NCBI GenBank assembly: GCA_963786105.1
Contig: CAWAXX010000021.1
Span: 1 to 26,239, forward strand
From: Vulcanimicrobiota bacterium
GTDB lineage: Bacteria; Vulcanimicrobiota; Vulcanimicrobiia; Vulcanimicrobiales; Vulcanimicrobiaceae
Direction of reading: 5' to 3'
DNA length: 26,239 nt
Positions 1 through 10,615 of this stretch are shown piece after piece. The number at the start of each line of letters is the position of its first letter. Position 1 is the first letter of the stretch. The notes under the pieces were generated by a model. It did no database searches. It was not told the DNA's origin and worked only from the letters and a program-made list of their open reading frames with translations. A program made the translations under genes and the position numbers.

Positions 1-152
1 GTCCATGCCCATGACGGCATGGGGGTTGCCCCATTCGGATATCGCCGGATCATCGCTTCTTAGCAGCTCCCCGACGCTTTTCGCAGCTTGGCACGTCCTT
101 CATCGCCTGTGGAACCAAGGTATCCACCTGCATGCCCTTGTTTCATTTTGAT
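1..152 (-). rRNA. rrl: 23S rRNA, 5' fragment (continues beyond window edge)
   Basis: Minus strand reads ATCAAAATGAAACAAGGGCATGCAGGTGGATACCTTGG...GGCGATGAAGGACGTG...CCGAATGGGGCAACCC, the conserved 23S 5' signature. The 5' end is approximate. Confidence 0.95.
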
Positions 153-269
153 TTTTACGCAAAATTGCACCATCAAATCCATCCGCCGAGCCACGCTTGC
201 GCGCCGCTCGTAAGATGCAGGTTTTGATGGCCGCTTTCATGTCGTGACACATGAAAGTTCTTCTCTATA

Positions 270-284
270 CAGTTTTCAAAGATC
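270..284 (-). promoter_or_regulatory. Spacer boxA-like antitermination element / 23S processing-stem arm
   Basis: Minus strand GATCTTTGAAAACTG resembles rrn boxA and the leader copy at 2367-2384. Confidence 0.65.
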
Positions 285-436
285 TCGCGGCGGCTCGCTT
301 CGTTGCCGTCACGGCTCGTGGACCGTAGTCCACTTCGCCGGCCGGCGCCTCGCGATCCATCCGCGATTGGGGTGGCGGCTTCGCCGGCGAGTCGAACGCA
401 GAGCGTCTAACTCGAAGCGAGGTCGTTCCCTCAAAG

Positions 437-449
437 CTGAACAGTGCAG
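437..449 (-). other. 3' arm of the 16S precursor processing stem
   Basis: Plus-strand CTGAACAGTGCAG (437-449) is the exact reverse complement of CTGCACTGTTCAG (2360-2372) in the leader, so the two arms bracket the 16S. Confidence 0.85.
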
Positions 450-674
450 TACCTGTCGGTAGACCCCCATTGCGGGAGCCGCGCATGAAGAATGGTGTCG
501 ATAACCATCCCCTGCCACGTCCTCCGATCGTACGCTCGAGTTGAGCGATAGATTCCTTGGCCGCGACGTCTCGATACGAGATCGAAACGAAGCGTTTACT
601 GTGGCTTCGTCTGTGGTCGACTTGAGTGTATACGCCGTTGCCATCGTGGAGACCACGATCCAACGACATGTACT

Positions 675-2180
<1,506 letters not shown>

Positions 2181-2359
2181 AAATTTTATGGAGCCTTGAA
2201 GATGGCTCTCAAAATTCGCACTTGCTATTGAATGATCGATTGCGAAGATCGATCCGCGCCCTAAGGCGCTAGCAGAATTGTACGTTCTCGCGATTCTCAA
2301 AAGACATTGCCAGTTTTGACCTTGTCTTAGAGGTCGGAGACCCACAGACTTATGCGCTG

Positions 2360-2384
2360 CTGCACTGTTCAGTTTTCAAGGAGC
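2360..2384 (-). promoter_or_regulatory. rrn leader boxA-like element overlapping the 5' arm of the 16S processing stem
   Basis: Minus strand GCTCCTTGAAAACTGAACAGTGCAG, complementary to spacer 437-449. Confidence 0.75.
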
Positions 2385-2464
2385 GAACCCAAAGCTCGCC
2401 GAGGCACTCCCACGCGGATCTTAACGACCGCGTTTTGCGCCCGGCGGCTAGAGTCACGACGGCT

Positions 2465-2493
2465 ATCATATCGCCGGGCCCTAGGCGTGTCAA
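2465..2493 (-). promoter_or_regulatory. Sigma70-type rRNA operon promoter
   Basis: Minus strand TTGACA-N17-TATGAT, about 285 nt upstream of the 16S 5' end. Confidence 0.9.
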
Positions 2494-2647
2494 GGAAAGG
2501 TCGGAAGTATTTCGCAGCCCCGACACCGGCCGGCCCGGCAGCTCAGGGCGTGGGCCCCAAGCGCATCCTACCCTTCAACGCTGCCGGAGGGCGAAAGGTT
2601 GCACCGCCCCCCAGGCGGCAGAGCCGCCGGGTTGCACCGGCTGGTCT

Positions 2648-4213
2648 CTAGACCTTCCGCGAGATGGTCTTGGCCTGCATGAAAAGCAGCAGGTAGTCCG
2701 GACCTCCGGCTTTGCTGTCCGTCCCCGACATGTTGAAGCCGCCGAACGGATGGGCGCCGACCATGGCGCCCGTGCTCTTGCGATTGAAGTAGAGGTTTCC
2801 GACGAAGAAATCGTCGCGAGCGCGCGCGATCTTCCGCTCGTCGCTGGTGTAGAGCGATCCGGTCAGACCAAACTCGGTATTGTTTGCAATGCGCAGAGCA
2901 TCGTCGAAGTCTTTGGCTTTAATTACCGCCAGCACCGGCCCGAAGATTTCCTCTTGCGCGATGATCGCGTCGGGAGCGACGTCCGCTATCACCGTCGGTT
3001 CCAAGAAGTACCCCGACTCGCCGATGCGCCGGCCGCCGGCAACCAGACGCCCTTCCCGTTTCCCCTTTTCGATGTACTCCGAAATCGACGTCAGCGCACC
3101 TTCGTTCACGACCGGACCCATGTAGTTCCCCGGATCCGCCGGGTCGCCGACGGCGATGTTAGAAACGCGCTTCGTTAATTTGTCGAGGAACTCGTCGTAG
3201 ATACTCGCTTCGACGATGGCGCGCGAACATGCCGAGCATTTCTGCCCCTGAAAGCCGAACGCCGAAACGGCGACGCCTTCGACCGCGGCTTCGACGTCGG
3301 CGTCCGATGCGACCACGATCGAATCCTTTCCGCCCATCTCCGCAACGACGCGCTTGATCCACTTCTGACCGGGCTGCGGCCTAGCGGCCAATTCGTTGAT
3401 GTGCAGGCCAACTTCTTTGGAACCGGTGAACGAAATAAATCGAACCAGCGGGTGCGAGACGATGAGATCGCCGATCGTGCTTCCCGATCCGGGAATGAAG
3501 TTTACGACGCCGTTGGGAACGCCGGCTTCCGCCAGCAAATTTACGAACCAGGCCGCCACGATCGCCGAATCGCTCGACGGCTTGAGGACGACGGTATTCC
3601 CGGTGACGATTGCCGCCGCCGTCATGCCGGCCATGATCGCGCCGGCAAAGTTCCACGGCGGAATTACCGCGCCGACGCCGAGCGGAATGTAGATCATTTC
3701 GTTTCGCTCGCCATCGAGCGGTACCACGGGATGCGGCCGCGCGTAACGCAACGCTTCGCGCGCGTAGAATTCCAAGAAGTCGATTGCCTCGGCAATGTCG
3801 CCGTCGGCCTCAACCCAGCTCTTACCGACTTCGTACACGAGTAGCGCGTCGTACTCGAAGCGGCGTTCGCGCAGCAGCGCCGCAGCCCGGAAAATGCAGT
3901 CTGCGCGTTCCTGCGGGGACGTGCGCTTCCAGGACTCGAAGGCGCGACCCGCGGCCTCGATCGCTTCTGCGGCCTGCTCCTTTGACGCCGAGCTGGTGAT
4001 CCCCACGACTTGCGTGGGATTCGCCGGGTTGAGCGACCGAATTGTTTTCTCGGTTTCGACGTGCTTGCCGTCGATGACGAGCGGAAAGTGCTTGCCGAAG
4101 CCGCGCTTCACCGAGTCGAGCGCCGCTCGCATCGCGGCGGCGTCGGCCGGGTCTGAAAAGTTCTTGACGATCTCGTTTTTGAACGGTGCTATCCGATCGG
4201 CGATGCTGGTCAT
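2648..4213 (-). CDS. pruA: L-glutamate gamma-semialdehyde (delta-1-pyrroline-5-carboxylate) dehydrogenase
   Basis: 521-aa ALDH with PPWNF, FTGSKEVG, AEMGGKD, FGFQGQKCSACSR, EEIFGP and HPFGGFNMSGTDSKAGGPDYL motifs typical of the RocA/PruA subfamily. Confidence 0.93.
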   Translation of the reverse strand: MTSIADRIAPFKNEIVKNFSDPADAAAMRAALDSVKRGFGKHFPLVIDGKHVETEKTIRSLNPANPTQVVGITSSASKEQAAEAIEAAGRAFESWKRTSPQERADCIFRAAALLRERRFEYDALLVYEVGKSWVEADGDIAEAIDFLEFYAREALRYARPHPVVPLDGERNEMIYIPLGVGAVIPPWNFAGAIMAGMTAAAIVTGNTVVLKPSSDSAIVAAWFVNLLAEAGVPNGVVNFIPGSGSTIGDLIVSHPLVRFISFTGSKEVGLHINELAARPQPGQKWIKRVVAEMGGKDSIVVASDADVEAAVEGVAVSAFGFQGQKCSACSRAIVEASIYDEFLDKLTKRVSNIAVGDPADPGNYMGPVVNEGALTSISEYIEKGKREGRLVAGGRRIGESGYFLEPTVIADVAPDAIIAQEEIFGPVLAVIKAKDFDDALRIANNTEFGLTGSLYTSDERKIARARDDFFVGNLYFNRKSTGAMVGAHPFGGFNMSGTDSKAGGPDYLLLFMQAKTISRKV

Positions 4214-4219
4214 GCCTCC

Positions 4220-4228
4220 ATAGTATCA
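4220..4228 (-). promoter_or_regulatory. Extended -10 promoter, 6 nt before the pruA ATG
   Basis: Minus strand TGa-TACTAT-GGAGGC-ATG. Confidence 0.55.
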
Positions 4229-4302
4229 GGAGCGCGGCCGGAGTGTCCTGTCACTTTGTCGCCGAAGGGCGCGGGCGCCCCGCGGGAGGAAGCTGGGGGG
4301 GG

Positions 4303-5526
4303 ATGGTCTACGACATCGCCATCGTCGGCGGCGGCATCGTCGGATTGGCCACCGCTCGCGATCTGCTCCTTCGCCACCCGCATCTGAAGTTGATCGTTCT
4401 CGAGAAGGACGACGTGCTGGCGTCCCAGCAAACCGGCCACAGCAGCGGCGTCATTCACAGCGGCATCTACTACCAGCCCGGCTCGCGCAAAGCCCGGCTT
4501 TGCGTCGAAGGGCGCAAGTTACTCTGGGCGTACTGTGACGCCAGGGGCATCCCGTACCGGAACGTCGGCAAGCTCATCGTTGCCACCGAAGAGCGCGAGC
4601 TCGGATTGCTCGAAGAGCTTTACGCTCGCGGTCTCGCTAATGGGATCGCCGAGCTGCAAATGCTGGACGCCGCCGGCATTCGCCGGCGCGAGCCGCATTG
4701 CAACGGCATCCGAGCAATCTATTCGCCGGTCACTGGAATCGTTGACTTCGTTCGCGTGGCTCGCAGCTACGGGCGCGACGTCCTGGCGGCCGGCGGCGTG
4801 ATCCAGACCGGGCACGAGGTGACGGCTATCCGAAGAATCGCCAACACGACGATCGTGCAGACCACGCGCGGCGACGTACGAGCCACCTACGCGATTACCT
4901 GCGCCGGCTTGCACGCAGACCGGGTCGCGAGACTGACCGGCGGGAAACCGGAGCCAAAGATCGTCCCGTTTCGCGGTAGCTATCTCGTCCTCAAACCCGA
5001 AAAGCGCCACCTGGTCAACGGCAACATTTATCCGGTCCCGGACCCCGCGTTTCCGTTTCTGGGAGCACACTTCACGCCCCGAATGAACGGAGAAGTGTGG
5101 ATTGGTCCGAATGCGATTGTGGCTCTTGCGCGCGAAGGTTATCGGCGCAGCACCGTCAACGCGCGCGACCTCTTCGAAACCCTCACCTATCCAGGTTTCG
5201 TCAAGCTGACGGCCCGGCATCTGTCGACCGGGTTGCGCGAACTGCATCGCGACGCGGTGCGCGCAGCCTACGTCAAAGCGCTGAGGCGTTACATCCCCGA
5301 ACTCGGGCTCGACGATGTGGTTCCCGGCCCGTCCGGCGTGCGCGCCCAAGCGATGACCTGCGACGGTGCGCTGGTGGACGACTTCGCGTTCGACTGCGAT
5401 GATCGCATCGTTCACGTCCGGAATGCGCCTTCGCCGGCCGCTACCTCGTCGCTGGCTATTGGCGCGTTCATCGCAGGCGAGGCCGCACGCCGCTTCGCTC
5501 TCGGCTCGACTACCGCGGCCGTATGA
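4303..5526 (+). CDS. lhgO: L-2-hydroxyglutarate oxidase (FAD-dependent)
   Basis: Starts MVYDIAIVGGGIVGLA (FAD Rossmann fold); has QTGHSSGVIHSGIYY, IYPVPDPAFPFLGAHFT, SGVRAQA and NAPSPAATSSLAIG motifs. Start moved to the ATG at 4303. Confidence 0.9.
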   Translation: MVYDIAIVGGGIVGLATARDLLLRHPHLKLIVLEKDDVLASQQTGHSSGVIHSGIYYQPGSRKARLCVEGRKLLWAYCDARGIPYRNVGKLIVATEERELGLLEELYARGLANGIAELQMLDAAGIRRREPHCNGIRAIYSPVTGIVDFVRVARSYGRDVLAAGGVIQTGHEVTAIRRIANTTIVQTTRGDVRATYAITCAGLHADRVARLTGGKPEPKIVPFRGSYLVLKPEKRHLVNGNIYPVPDPAFPFLGAHFTPRMNGEVWIGPNAIVALAREGYRRSTVNARDLFETLTYPGFVKLTARHLSTGLRELHRDAVRAAYVKALRRYIPELGLDDVVPGPSGVRAQAMTCDGALVDDFAFDCDDRIVHVRNAPSPAATSSLAIGAFIAGEAARRFALGSTTAAV

Positions 5527-5596
5527 TCGCGGGCGGTCGATCGAAATCGCGCAACTGACGGGACGCGCGGCCGGGAAGCGGCGAAGTGTCGCCACG

Positions 5597-5980
5597 ATGG
5601 ACGCGCTCGAACAACCTCCCGCAACGCAGCTGTTGGCGGTTGCCATAGCGGCGTTCTTTTTGGGAATCGGTCTCGCCGGAGAACCGCTGGTCCCACTGCG
5701 CGCGATCGTTGCCGGCGTCGTGCTGGTAGTTGCCGCCATCGTGCTCGGCCGCCGTGCCTCGGCGCTCGTCATCTTCCTGGTAGGATTCCTCGGCGTACTG
5801 CTGACGTGCTATCTCCAGCGCCAAGACTATTACTTGCTCGGCTCCGGAGTCGTCGCCCTCGGTCTGGGTGGATTAGCCGCGTCGTCGTACGGTCGTCGCA
5901 CGGCGCCCTTTATCATCGTCGCCGTCGGCGCGATCGTCGGCGCGGGTCTGTTTTTTCTCGGCGTGCCTGCGGGATACTAA
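5597..5980 (+). CDS. Hypothetical multi-pass membrane protein (127 aa)
   Basis: Hydrophobic Gly/Ala/Leu/Val segments from MDALEQPP onward. The ORF portion upstream of 5597 overlaps lhgO and looks spurious. Confidence 0.7.
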   Translation: MDALEQPPATQLLAVAIAAFFLGIGLAGEPLVPLRAIVAGVVLVVAAIVLGRRASALVIFLVGFLGVLLTCYLQRQDYYLLGSGVVALGLGGLAASSYGRRTAPFIIVAVGAIVGAGLFFLGVPAGY

Positions 5981-5997
5981 TTTCCGACACTTCCGAC

Positions 5998-6369
5998 TTA
6001 GACCGGGCGCCGCCTTACGCGCGTCCCAATCGCAACGCCGATACCGCCAAATACCGCGTCCAGTAGGACCGCGAGTAGCGCCGTGCCGACGATTTCAGTC
6101 GTACCGGTGACGCCGATCGGCCGTCCCGGTCCGATCAGCGCGGCGACGTACCATCCCAGCGTCGAGTCGATCGATGCCGCCAAGATCACCGACACCAGCG
6201 CGCGCCACCAGCGCAGCCGCTGGCCGGCGTAGATGCCGAAGCCGACGTAAATGACCAATCCGAGTATCGTGAAGTTACCGTAGTTGATCGCAGCGACCTT
6301 CGCAACGATCGCCGTAATCGCGCTGAACGCGACCAGGATCAGCGCAAAAACCAGCGCCAGCCGAAGCAG
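5998..6369 (-). CDS. Hypothetical membrane protein, about 4 TM segments (123 aa if started at CTG 6369; first TTG start at 6258)
   Basis: The open frame runs from the codon after the rplQ TAG: LLRLALVFALILVAFSAITAIVAKVAAINYGNFTILGLVIYVG... An SD-like GGTGA lies 5 nt before the CTG. The start is uncertain. Confidence 0.65.
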   Translation of the reverse strand: MLRLALVFALILVAFSAITAIVAKVAAINYGNFTILGLVIYVGFGIYAGQRLRWWRALVSVILAASIDSTLGWYVAALIGPGRPIGVTGTTEIVGTALLAVLLDAVFGGIGVAIGTRVRRRPV

Positions 6370-6723
6370 CTATTTCACCAGTTCGATGACCGATAACTCG
6401 GCGGCGTCGCCGGGACGGACGCGCGTTTTCGTGATGCGCGTATAGCCTCCCGAGCGCACCTTGAGGGCGGGCGCGATTTGCTCGACGAGCTTCTTGACGA
6501 CGGCGGGCTCGGTGATGAACTCGGCCAAGTTCCGGCGAGCCGCCAAGTCGCCTTCCATGGCCATCGTGATCAAGCGTTCGATCACCGGAGCGATCTCCTT
6601 GGCCTTCGAGGACGTCGTCTCCATTTTCTCGTGCTTGAAGAACGACGTCGCGAGATTGCGCAGCAACGCCTTGCGGTGGCCGTCCGTGCGCGAAAGTCGT
6701 TTATACGCGATTTGGTGCGGCAT
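6370..6723 (-). CDS. rplQ: 50S ribosomal protein bL17
   Basis: KRLSRTDGHRKALLRNLATS...RSGGYTRITK...GDAA; follows rpoA. Confidence 0.97.
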   Translation of the reverse strand: MPHQIAYKRLSRTDGHRKALLRNLATSFFKHEKMETTSSKAKEIAPVIERLITMAMEGDLAARRNLAEFITEPAVVKKLVEQIAPALKVRSGGYTRITKTRVRPGDAAELSVIELVK

Positions 6724-6735
6724 ACGTTTCCTACG

Positions 6736-7662
6736 CTACGACTGGCGCAGCGACAGCCCCCTCTCTGAGAGCACTTGCTTGATTTCGTCCAGCGACTTCT
6801 TTCCGAAATTCCGCATCTTCATGATTTCGTCTTCGGTTAGGTCGAGCAACTCGGAAACCTTCGAGATGCCGGCTCGTTTGAGGCAGTTAAACGATCGCAC
6901 CGACAGGTTCAACGATTCGACCGGAATGTCCCATTCGTTTGGAGGAACTTCCGGAAGCGGCTCGGCGCGATTGGTAAACGACACGAACAAGTCCAACTGC
7001 TCTTGCATGATTCCGGCAGCGGTCGACAACGCTTCGTCCGGCGTGATCGATCCGTTCGTCTCGATCTCGATCGTCAAGCGGTCGAAGTCGACGCTTTGGC
7101 CCACGCGCGTGTCATCAACGGTGAAGTTGACTTTGCGAATTGGCGAGAAAATCGAGTCCAGTGGAATCAAACCGATCATGTGCTCGATGTTCCGCTGCTT
7201 ATCGGCCATGACGTAGCCGCGACCCATCTCGACGCCGATTTCCATCGACAACTTGGCGTCCTTCGACGACAGCGTCGCCAACCGGTAACCGGGGTCGAGA
7301 ACCTCGACGTCGGCATCCGGAGCGATGTCCGCGGCCGTGACGTCGCGCGCGCCGCTGACCGACAGCGTCAGTACCTTCGGTTCATCGGTATTCAATTTAA
7401 CCGGCAAGCCTTTGAGGTTGAGCATGAGCGCGATCGTGTCTTCGACCATTCCGGGAATCGTCGAAAACTCGTGGAGCACGCCGTCGATCTTCATATAGGT
7501 CACCGCGGCTCCCGGAATCGAGCTCAGCAATATCCGGCGCATCGCGTTCCCGAGGGTGATCCCGAAGCCGCGCTCGAGTGGCTCGATGACGAATTTGGCG
7601 TAGTTGTCGCGACGCTCGCGAACTTCGATGGTGGCGCCCGCGGGCGTTTCCAACATGGTCAT
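6736..7662 (-). CDS. rpoA: DNA-directed RNA polymerase subunit alpha
   Basis: EPLERGFGITLGNAMRRILLSS, GVLHEFSTIPG and alpha-CTD LSVRSFNCLKRAGI / NFGKKSL. Confidence 0.99.
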   Translation of the reverse strand: MTMLETPAGATIEVRERRDNYAKFVIEPLERGFGITLGNAMRRILLSSIPGAAVTYMKIDGVLHEFSTIPGMVEDTIALMLNLKGLPVKLNTDEPKVLTLSVSGARDVTAADIAPDADVEVLDPGYRLATLSSKDAKLSMEIGVEMGRGYVMADKQRNIEHMIGLIPLDSIFSPIRKVNFTVDDTRVGQSVDFDRLTIEIETNGSITPDEALSTAAGIMQEQLDLFVSFTNRAEPLPEVPPNEWDIPVESLNLSVRSFNCLKRAGISKVSELLDLTEDEIMKMRNFGKKSLDEIKQVLSERGLSLRQS

Positions 7663-7867
7663 GTGGTTTGATCGGTCCTTTGTTGCCGCTTGCGTTATCC
7701 GCCCGGATCCCCGATTCGGACGATCGTACGTCTAGCGGCGGTGATGAGTAATTAGCTTTATAGTTCTAGGAAGCTCTGATGTTTTCCAGATCGAGGAGCC
7801 GAGGTTCGAAGTTTACTGTGGTAAATGAGGGCCGACGCGACGATGAGCTGGGAGACATCGAGGCTTC

Positions 7868-8524
7868 CTAGCGAGAGTAATATTCGACGATCAGCTGCTC
7901 GTCGACCGGTGCGTCGATCTGCTCGCGCGACGGGAGCTGCAACACTTTGCCCGTTTTATCCTGATCGTTCCATTCCAGCCAGTCAGGTGGCCGCCGGCCG
8001 GCGGCGACTTCCAGATTCGCAGCGAAAACCGGCGACTTCAGACTCCGTTCTCCGATCGAGATCACGTCGCCGGGCCGGCACATGAACGACGGTACGTTCA
8101 CGATGCGGCCGTTGACGCGAAAATGCCGGTGCGTCACCAGCTGGCGCGCTTGCGCGCGGCTGCCGGCTAGGTTCAGCCGGTAGACCACGTTATCCAGGCG
8201 GCGTTCGAGCAGGGCGAGAAACGTGCGACCGGTTTGGCCCGGTACGCGCGCCGCTTCGCGAAAGTAATTCTCGAATTGCGTTTCGTGGACGCCGTAGTAA
8301 CGACGCATCTTCTGTTTCTCGCGGAGCTGGCGTCCGTATTCAGAAACCTTCGTCCGCGACTTGCCGGCGGTCTTTTGGCCGGGTGCGGTACCGCGCCGTT
8401 CGACGGCGCATTTTTTCGAAAGGCAACGGTCGCCTTTAAGAAACAGCTTGATCTTCTCTCCGGTCTTACTCCCCGCCGTTTCACGGCGGCATAGACGGCA
8501 AACGGGTCCGGTGTAACGCGACAT
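7868..8524 (-). CDS. rpsD: 30S ribosomal protein uS4 (Cys-containing type)
   Basis: [47 protein letters not shown]. Confidence 0.98.
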   Translation of the reverse strand: MSRYTGPVCRLCRRETAGSKTGEKIKLFLKGDRCLSKKCAVERRGTAPGQKTAGKSRTKVSEYGRQLREKQKMRRYYGVHETQFENYFREAARVPGQTGRTFLALLERRLDNVVYRLNLAGSRAQARQLVTHRHFRVNGRIVNVPSFMCRPGDVISIGERSLKSPVFAANLEVAAGRRPPDWLEWNDQDKTGKVLQLPSREQIDAPVDEQLIVEYYSR

Positions 8525-8537
8525 ACTTCTCTCCGGG

Positions 8538-8933
8538 TTAAACGCGGCGGCGCTTCGGCGGGCGGCAACCGTTGTGTGGAATCGGCGTGACGTCTTTGAT
8601 CATCGTGATCTCGAGGCCCGCGGCCTGCAGCGAACGGATGGCGGCTTCGCGGCCGGCGCCCGGACCCTTGACGAACACGTCGGTAGACTTCATGCCGTGG
8701 TCCATTGCCTTACGCGCGGCGGCTTCGGCAGCCATTTGCGCGGCGAACGGCGTCGACTTCTTCGAACCCTTAAAGCCGAGGTTTCCGGCGGAAGCCCAGG
8801 ATACGACGTTCCCATGCGGGTCGCTGATCGTGACGATCGTGTTATTGAACGAGGCGTGCACGTGCGTCACGCCGGACTGAACGTTCTTTACTTCTCGTTT
8901 GCGACGCGTCTTGGTTTGCTTCTTTGCAGCCAA
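8538..8933 (-). CDS. rpsK: 30S ribosomal protein uS11
   Basis: [45 protein letters not shown] start with GGAG 7 nt upstream. Confidence 0.98.
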   Translation of the reverse strand: MAAKKQTKTRRKREVKNVQSGVTHVHASFNNTIVTISDPHGNVVSWASAGNLGFKGSKKSTPFAAQMAAEAAARKAMDHGMKSTDVFVKGPGAGREAAIRSLQAAGLEITMIKDVTPIPHNGCRPPKRRRV

Positions 8934-9131
8934 ACGAAATCTCCGGTGGTCCTACGCGAACGCGCGCAGGTTCTTTTTCCTTCCCCGAACGACGGGGTGT
9001 CGTCGCCTCGACCCTATTCAGGATCTGCTGCCAACGAACGCGCGGCGAGGGCGTTCATTTCCCTGTCCCTTTTCGGGACCAGGGGTGGGGTTGCCGCGGG
9101 CGCCGGAGAGAGGTGGGCGCCACAATCCGCC

Positions 9132-9160
9132 ATTCTACCCTAGGCGAGGCCCAAGCGCAA
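9132..9160 (-). promoter_or_regulatory. Sigma70-type promoter for rpsK-rpsD-rpoA-rplQ
   Basis: Minus strand TTGCGC-N17-TAGAAT, about 200 nt upstream of rpsK. Confidence 0.7.
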
Positions 9161-9186
9161 GGCCCGGCGTTGCCGCCGGGCCTTGC
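9157..9186 (-). terminator. Perfect 13-bp hairpin after the 9216-10511 gene, probable terminator
   Basis: GCAAGGCCCGGCG-TTGC-CGCCGGGCCTTGC. The U-tract is weak and the hairpin overlaps the -35 of the rpsK promoter. Confidence 0.6.
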
Positions 9187-9215
9187 CTGCTTGCCTTGCA
9201 ATAATCGCTTGGCGG

Positions 9216-10511
9216 TTAGAACTTAAACCCGAGCCCGACGTACGCTCCATTGAAGCTATACGAGATCGGGGCGTTGTTCTTATTGGCGCCGTTCTCGCCG
9301 GACCAACCCGCATCGAAGAAGACCGGTCCAAAGACGACCCAGTTAAGCCCGACTTTATACTTGAGCAGGTTGTAGCCTACGCCGTACGAGGTCGGGAACG
9401 GCGGGGTGATGTTGTTATTCGTGTACGTCCCTCTGAAGTTCGGGTAGTACCACACGTTGCCGTAGAACGACAACGTCTGATCGAGATCGGGCAGCTTTTC
9501 GAGGCCTACGCCGACGGCACCCATGTTGGGATAGCCGTAGTTGTTCGATCCCCAGATGTAGCCGACGCCGAGGTACACGCGCGGATTGAAAATGCGCACG
9601 CCGAGACGGACGTCGACGTCGCGATTGGCCGCCGTGAAGGCCGGGACGTACGTTGCGAAGCGACCGCCGATTGCAGTAACGAAACACTGCGGGGCGTTCT
9701 GTGGTGTCGCAATATTTTGCGCGACACCGCAGTTGTGCGGATACTGCCAGTTATTGTAGTCGCCTTCGAGCATCCAAGGAATGTTGAACAGATCGAATTC
9801 GATTGCGCCGCGAACGTTGAACGAACCACCGCTGCCGCGCGCCGAGTTGGCAAACTCGTTGTAGGCGTGCGGCGAGATGAGGTAGTCACCAGCAACGAAC
9901 AGATCCTTGTACGCAGGTTTCGGCGTAGGAGCCGGCGTCGGCGGCGGCGGCGGAGCGGTTGCGGGCGGCGGTGCCGGTGGTGGCGTCGCCGGCAGATACC
10001 GAACGACGACCAGATGCCGGTCGGCGACCCACAGCACGTACGCTCCCATGCCTTCCGATATTACGCGGATCGGCACGAGTACGTTGCCCTGGTAGATGAT
10101 CGGCGGAACGTCCAGCGGACGCGATTCGCCGTTTATCATGACTTCCGGCTTGCCGACGGTCACCTTGACCTCCGAGCCGGGCTTGGTCACCGTCGCCGTC
10201 TTGCTCGCCTCGTCGTACGACACGGTCGCACCCATTTGCTCGAACATGGAGCGCAACGGAATGAGAATCGTGCCGCCCTTGACCAGCGCCGCGAGAACGC
10301 GGCCCTGTTTGAGGACGTCGGGTTTGCTGTAGACGTGGTGATCGTTATAGAGAATCGGGATTTGCCCCGATGGCGGGCTTCCGAAGTCTGCCGCCGGTGG
10401 CGACCCCGCTTGCGCGAGGCCTTGGCCGCTGCTCGACGGTGACGCGATCGCGCCGATCGTCCACGCAGCTGCAACCAACGCGGTAAGCAGAACGGTACGG
10501 ACTGGTTTCAC
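9216..10511 (-). CDS. Secreted protein, paralog 2: copper amine oxidase N-terminal-like domain, Pro-rich linker, putative outer-membrane beta-barrel
   Basis: Signal peptide MKPVRTVLLTALVAAAW; ILIPLRSMFEQMGATVSYD and VLVPIRVISEGMGA motifs typical of Cu_amine_oxidN1; poly-Pro linker; Gly/aromatic amphipathic strands ending YVGLGFKF; SD AGGAGG with GTG start. Confidence 0.8.
   Translation of the reverse strand: MKPVRTVLLTALVAAAWTIGAIASPSSSGQGLAQAGSPPAADFGSPPSGQIPILYNDHHVYSKPDVLKQGRVLAALVKGGTILIPLRSMFEQMGATVSYDEASKTATVTKPGSEVKVTVGKPEVMINGESRPLDVPPIIYQGNVLVPIRVISEGMGAYVLWVADRHLVVVRYLPATPPPAPPPATAPPPPPTPAPTPKPAYKDLFVAGDYLISPHAYNEFANSARGSGGSFNVRGAIEFDLFNIPWMLEGDYNNWQYPHNCGVAQNIATPQNAPQCFVTAIGGRFATYVPAFTAANRDVDVRLGVRIFNPRVYLGVGYIWGSNNYGYPNMGAVGVGLEKLPDLDQTLSFYGNVWYYPNFRGTYTNNNITPPFPTSYGVGYNLLKYKVGLNWVVFGPVFFDAGWSGENGANKNNAPISYSFNGAYVGLGFKF
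9982..10415. repeat. Direct repeat copy 1 (~434 bp), N-terminal domain of paralog 2
   Basis: Aligns without gaps to 11421-11854 (offset 1439). About 30 mismatches by manual count, i.e. >90% identity. Confidence 0.9.
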
Positions 10512-10565
10512 GAGAAAAGCCTCCTGAGCGCAAAGGTCCGGAGTCCCTGGGGACCCCCAGCCCCC

Positions 10566-10594
10566 ACTATGCCATGAAGGGCTCGCTTGTGCAA
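10566..10594 (-). promoter_or_regulatory. Sigma70-type promoter for paralog 2
   Basis: Minus strand TTGCAC-N17-CATAGT with an extended TG, located just downstream of the paralog 1 terminator. Confidence 0.6.
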
Positions 10595-10615
10595 CCGTAA
10601 AAGCAACGGGCCCCG

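Noticed and set aside
2520..2645. Possible second rrn promoter (TAGGAT at 2565-2570) and duplicated GGTTGCACCG
   Set aside because: No convincing -35 at a 16-18 nt spacing, and the 10-mer repeat is too short to interpret.
4519..5772. 417-aa minus-strand ORF
   Set aside because: Antisense shadow of lhgO in GC-rich DNA with no recognisable motifs.
9033..9045. 13-nt complementarity between the rpsK leader and the rpsM coding sequence (AACGAACGCGCGG)
   Set aside because: Matches of this length are expected by chance in a 26-kb GC-rich window.
9183..10442. 419-aa plus-strand ORF
   Set aside because: Antisense shadow of paralog 2; the equivalent frame opposite paralog 1 is fragmented.
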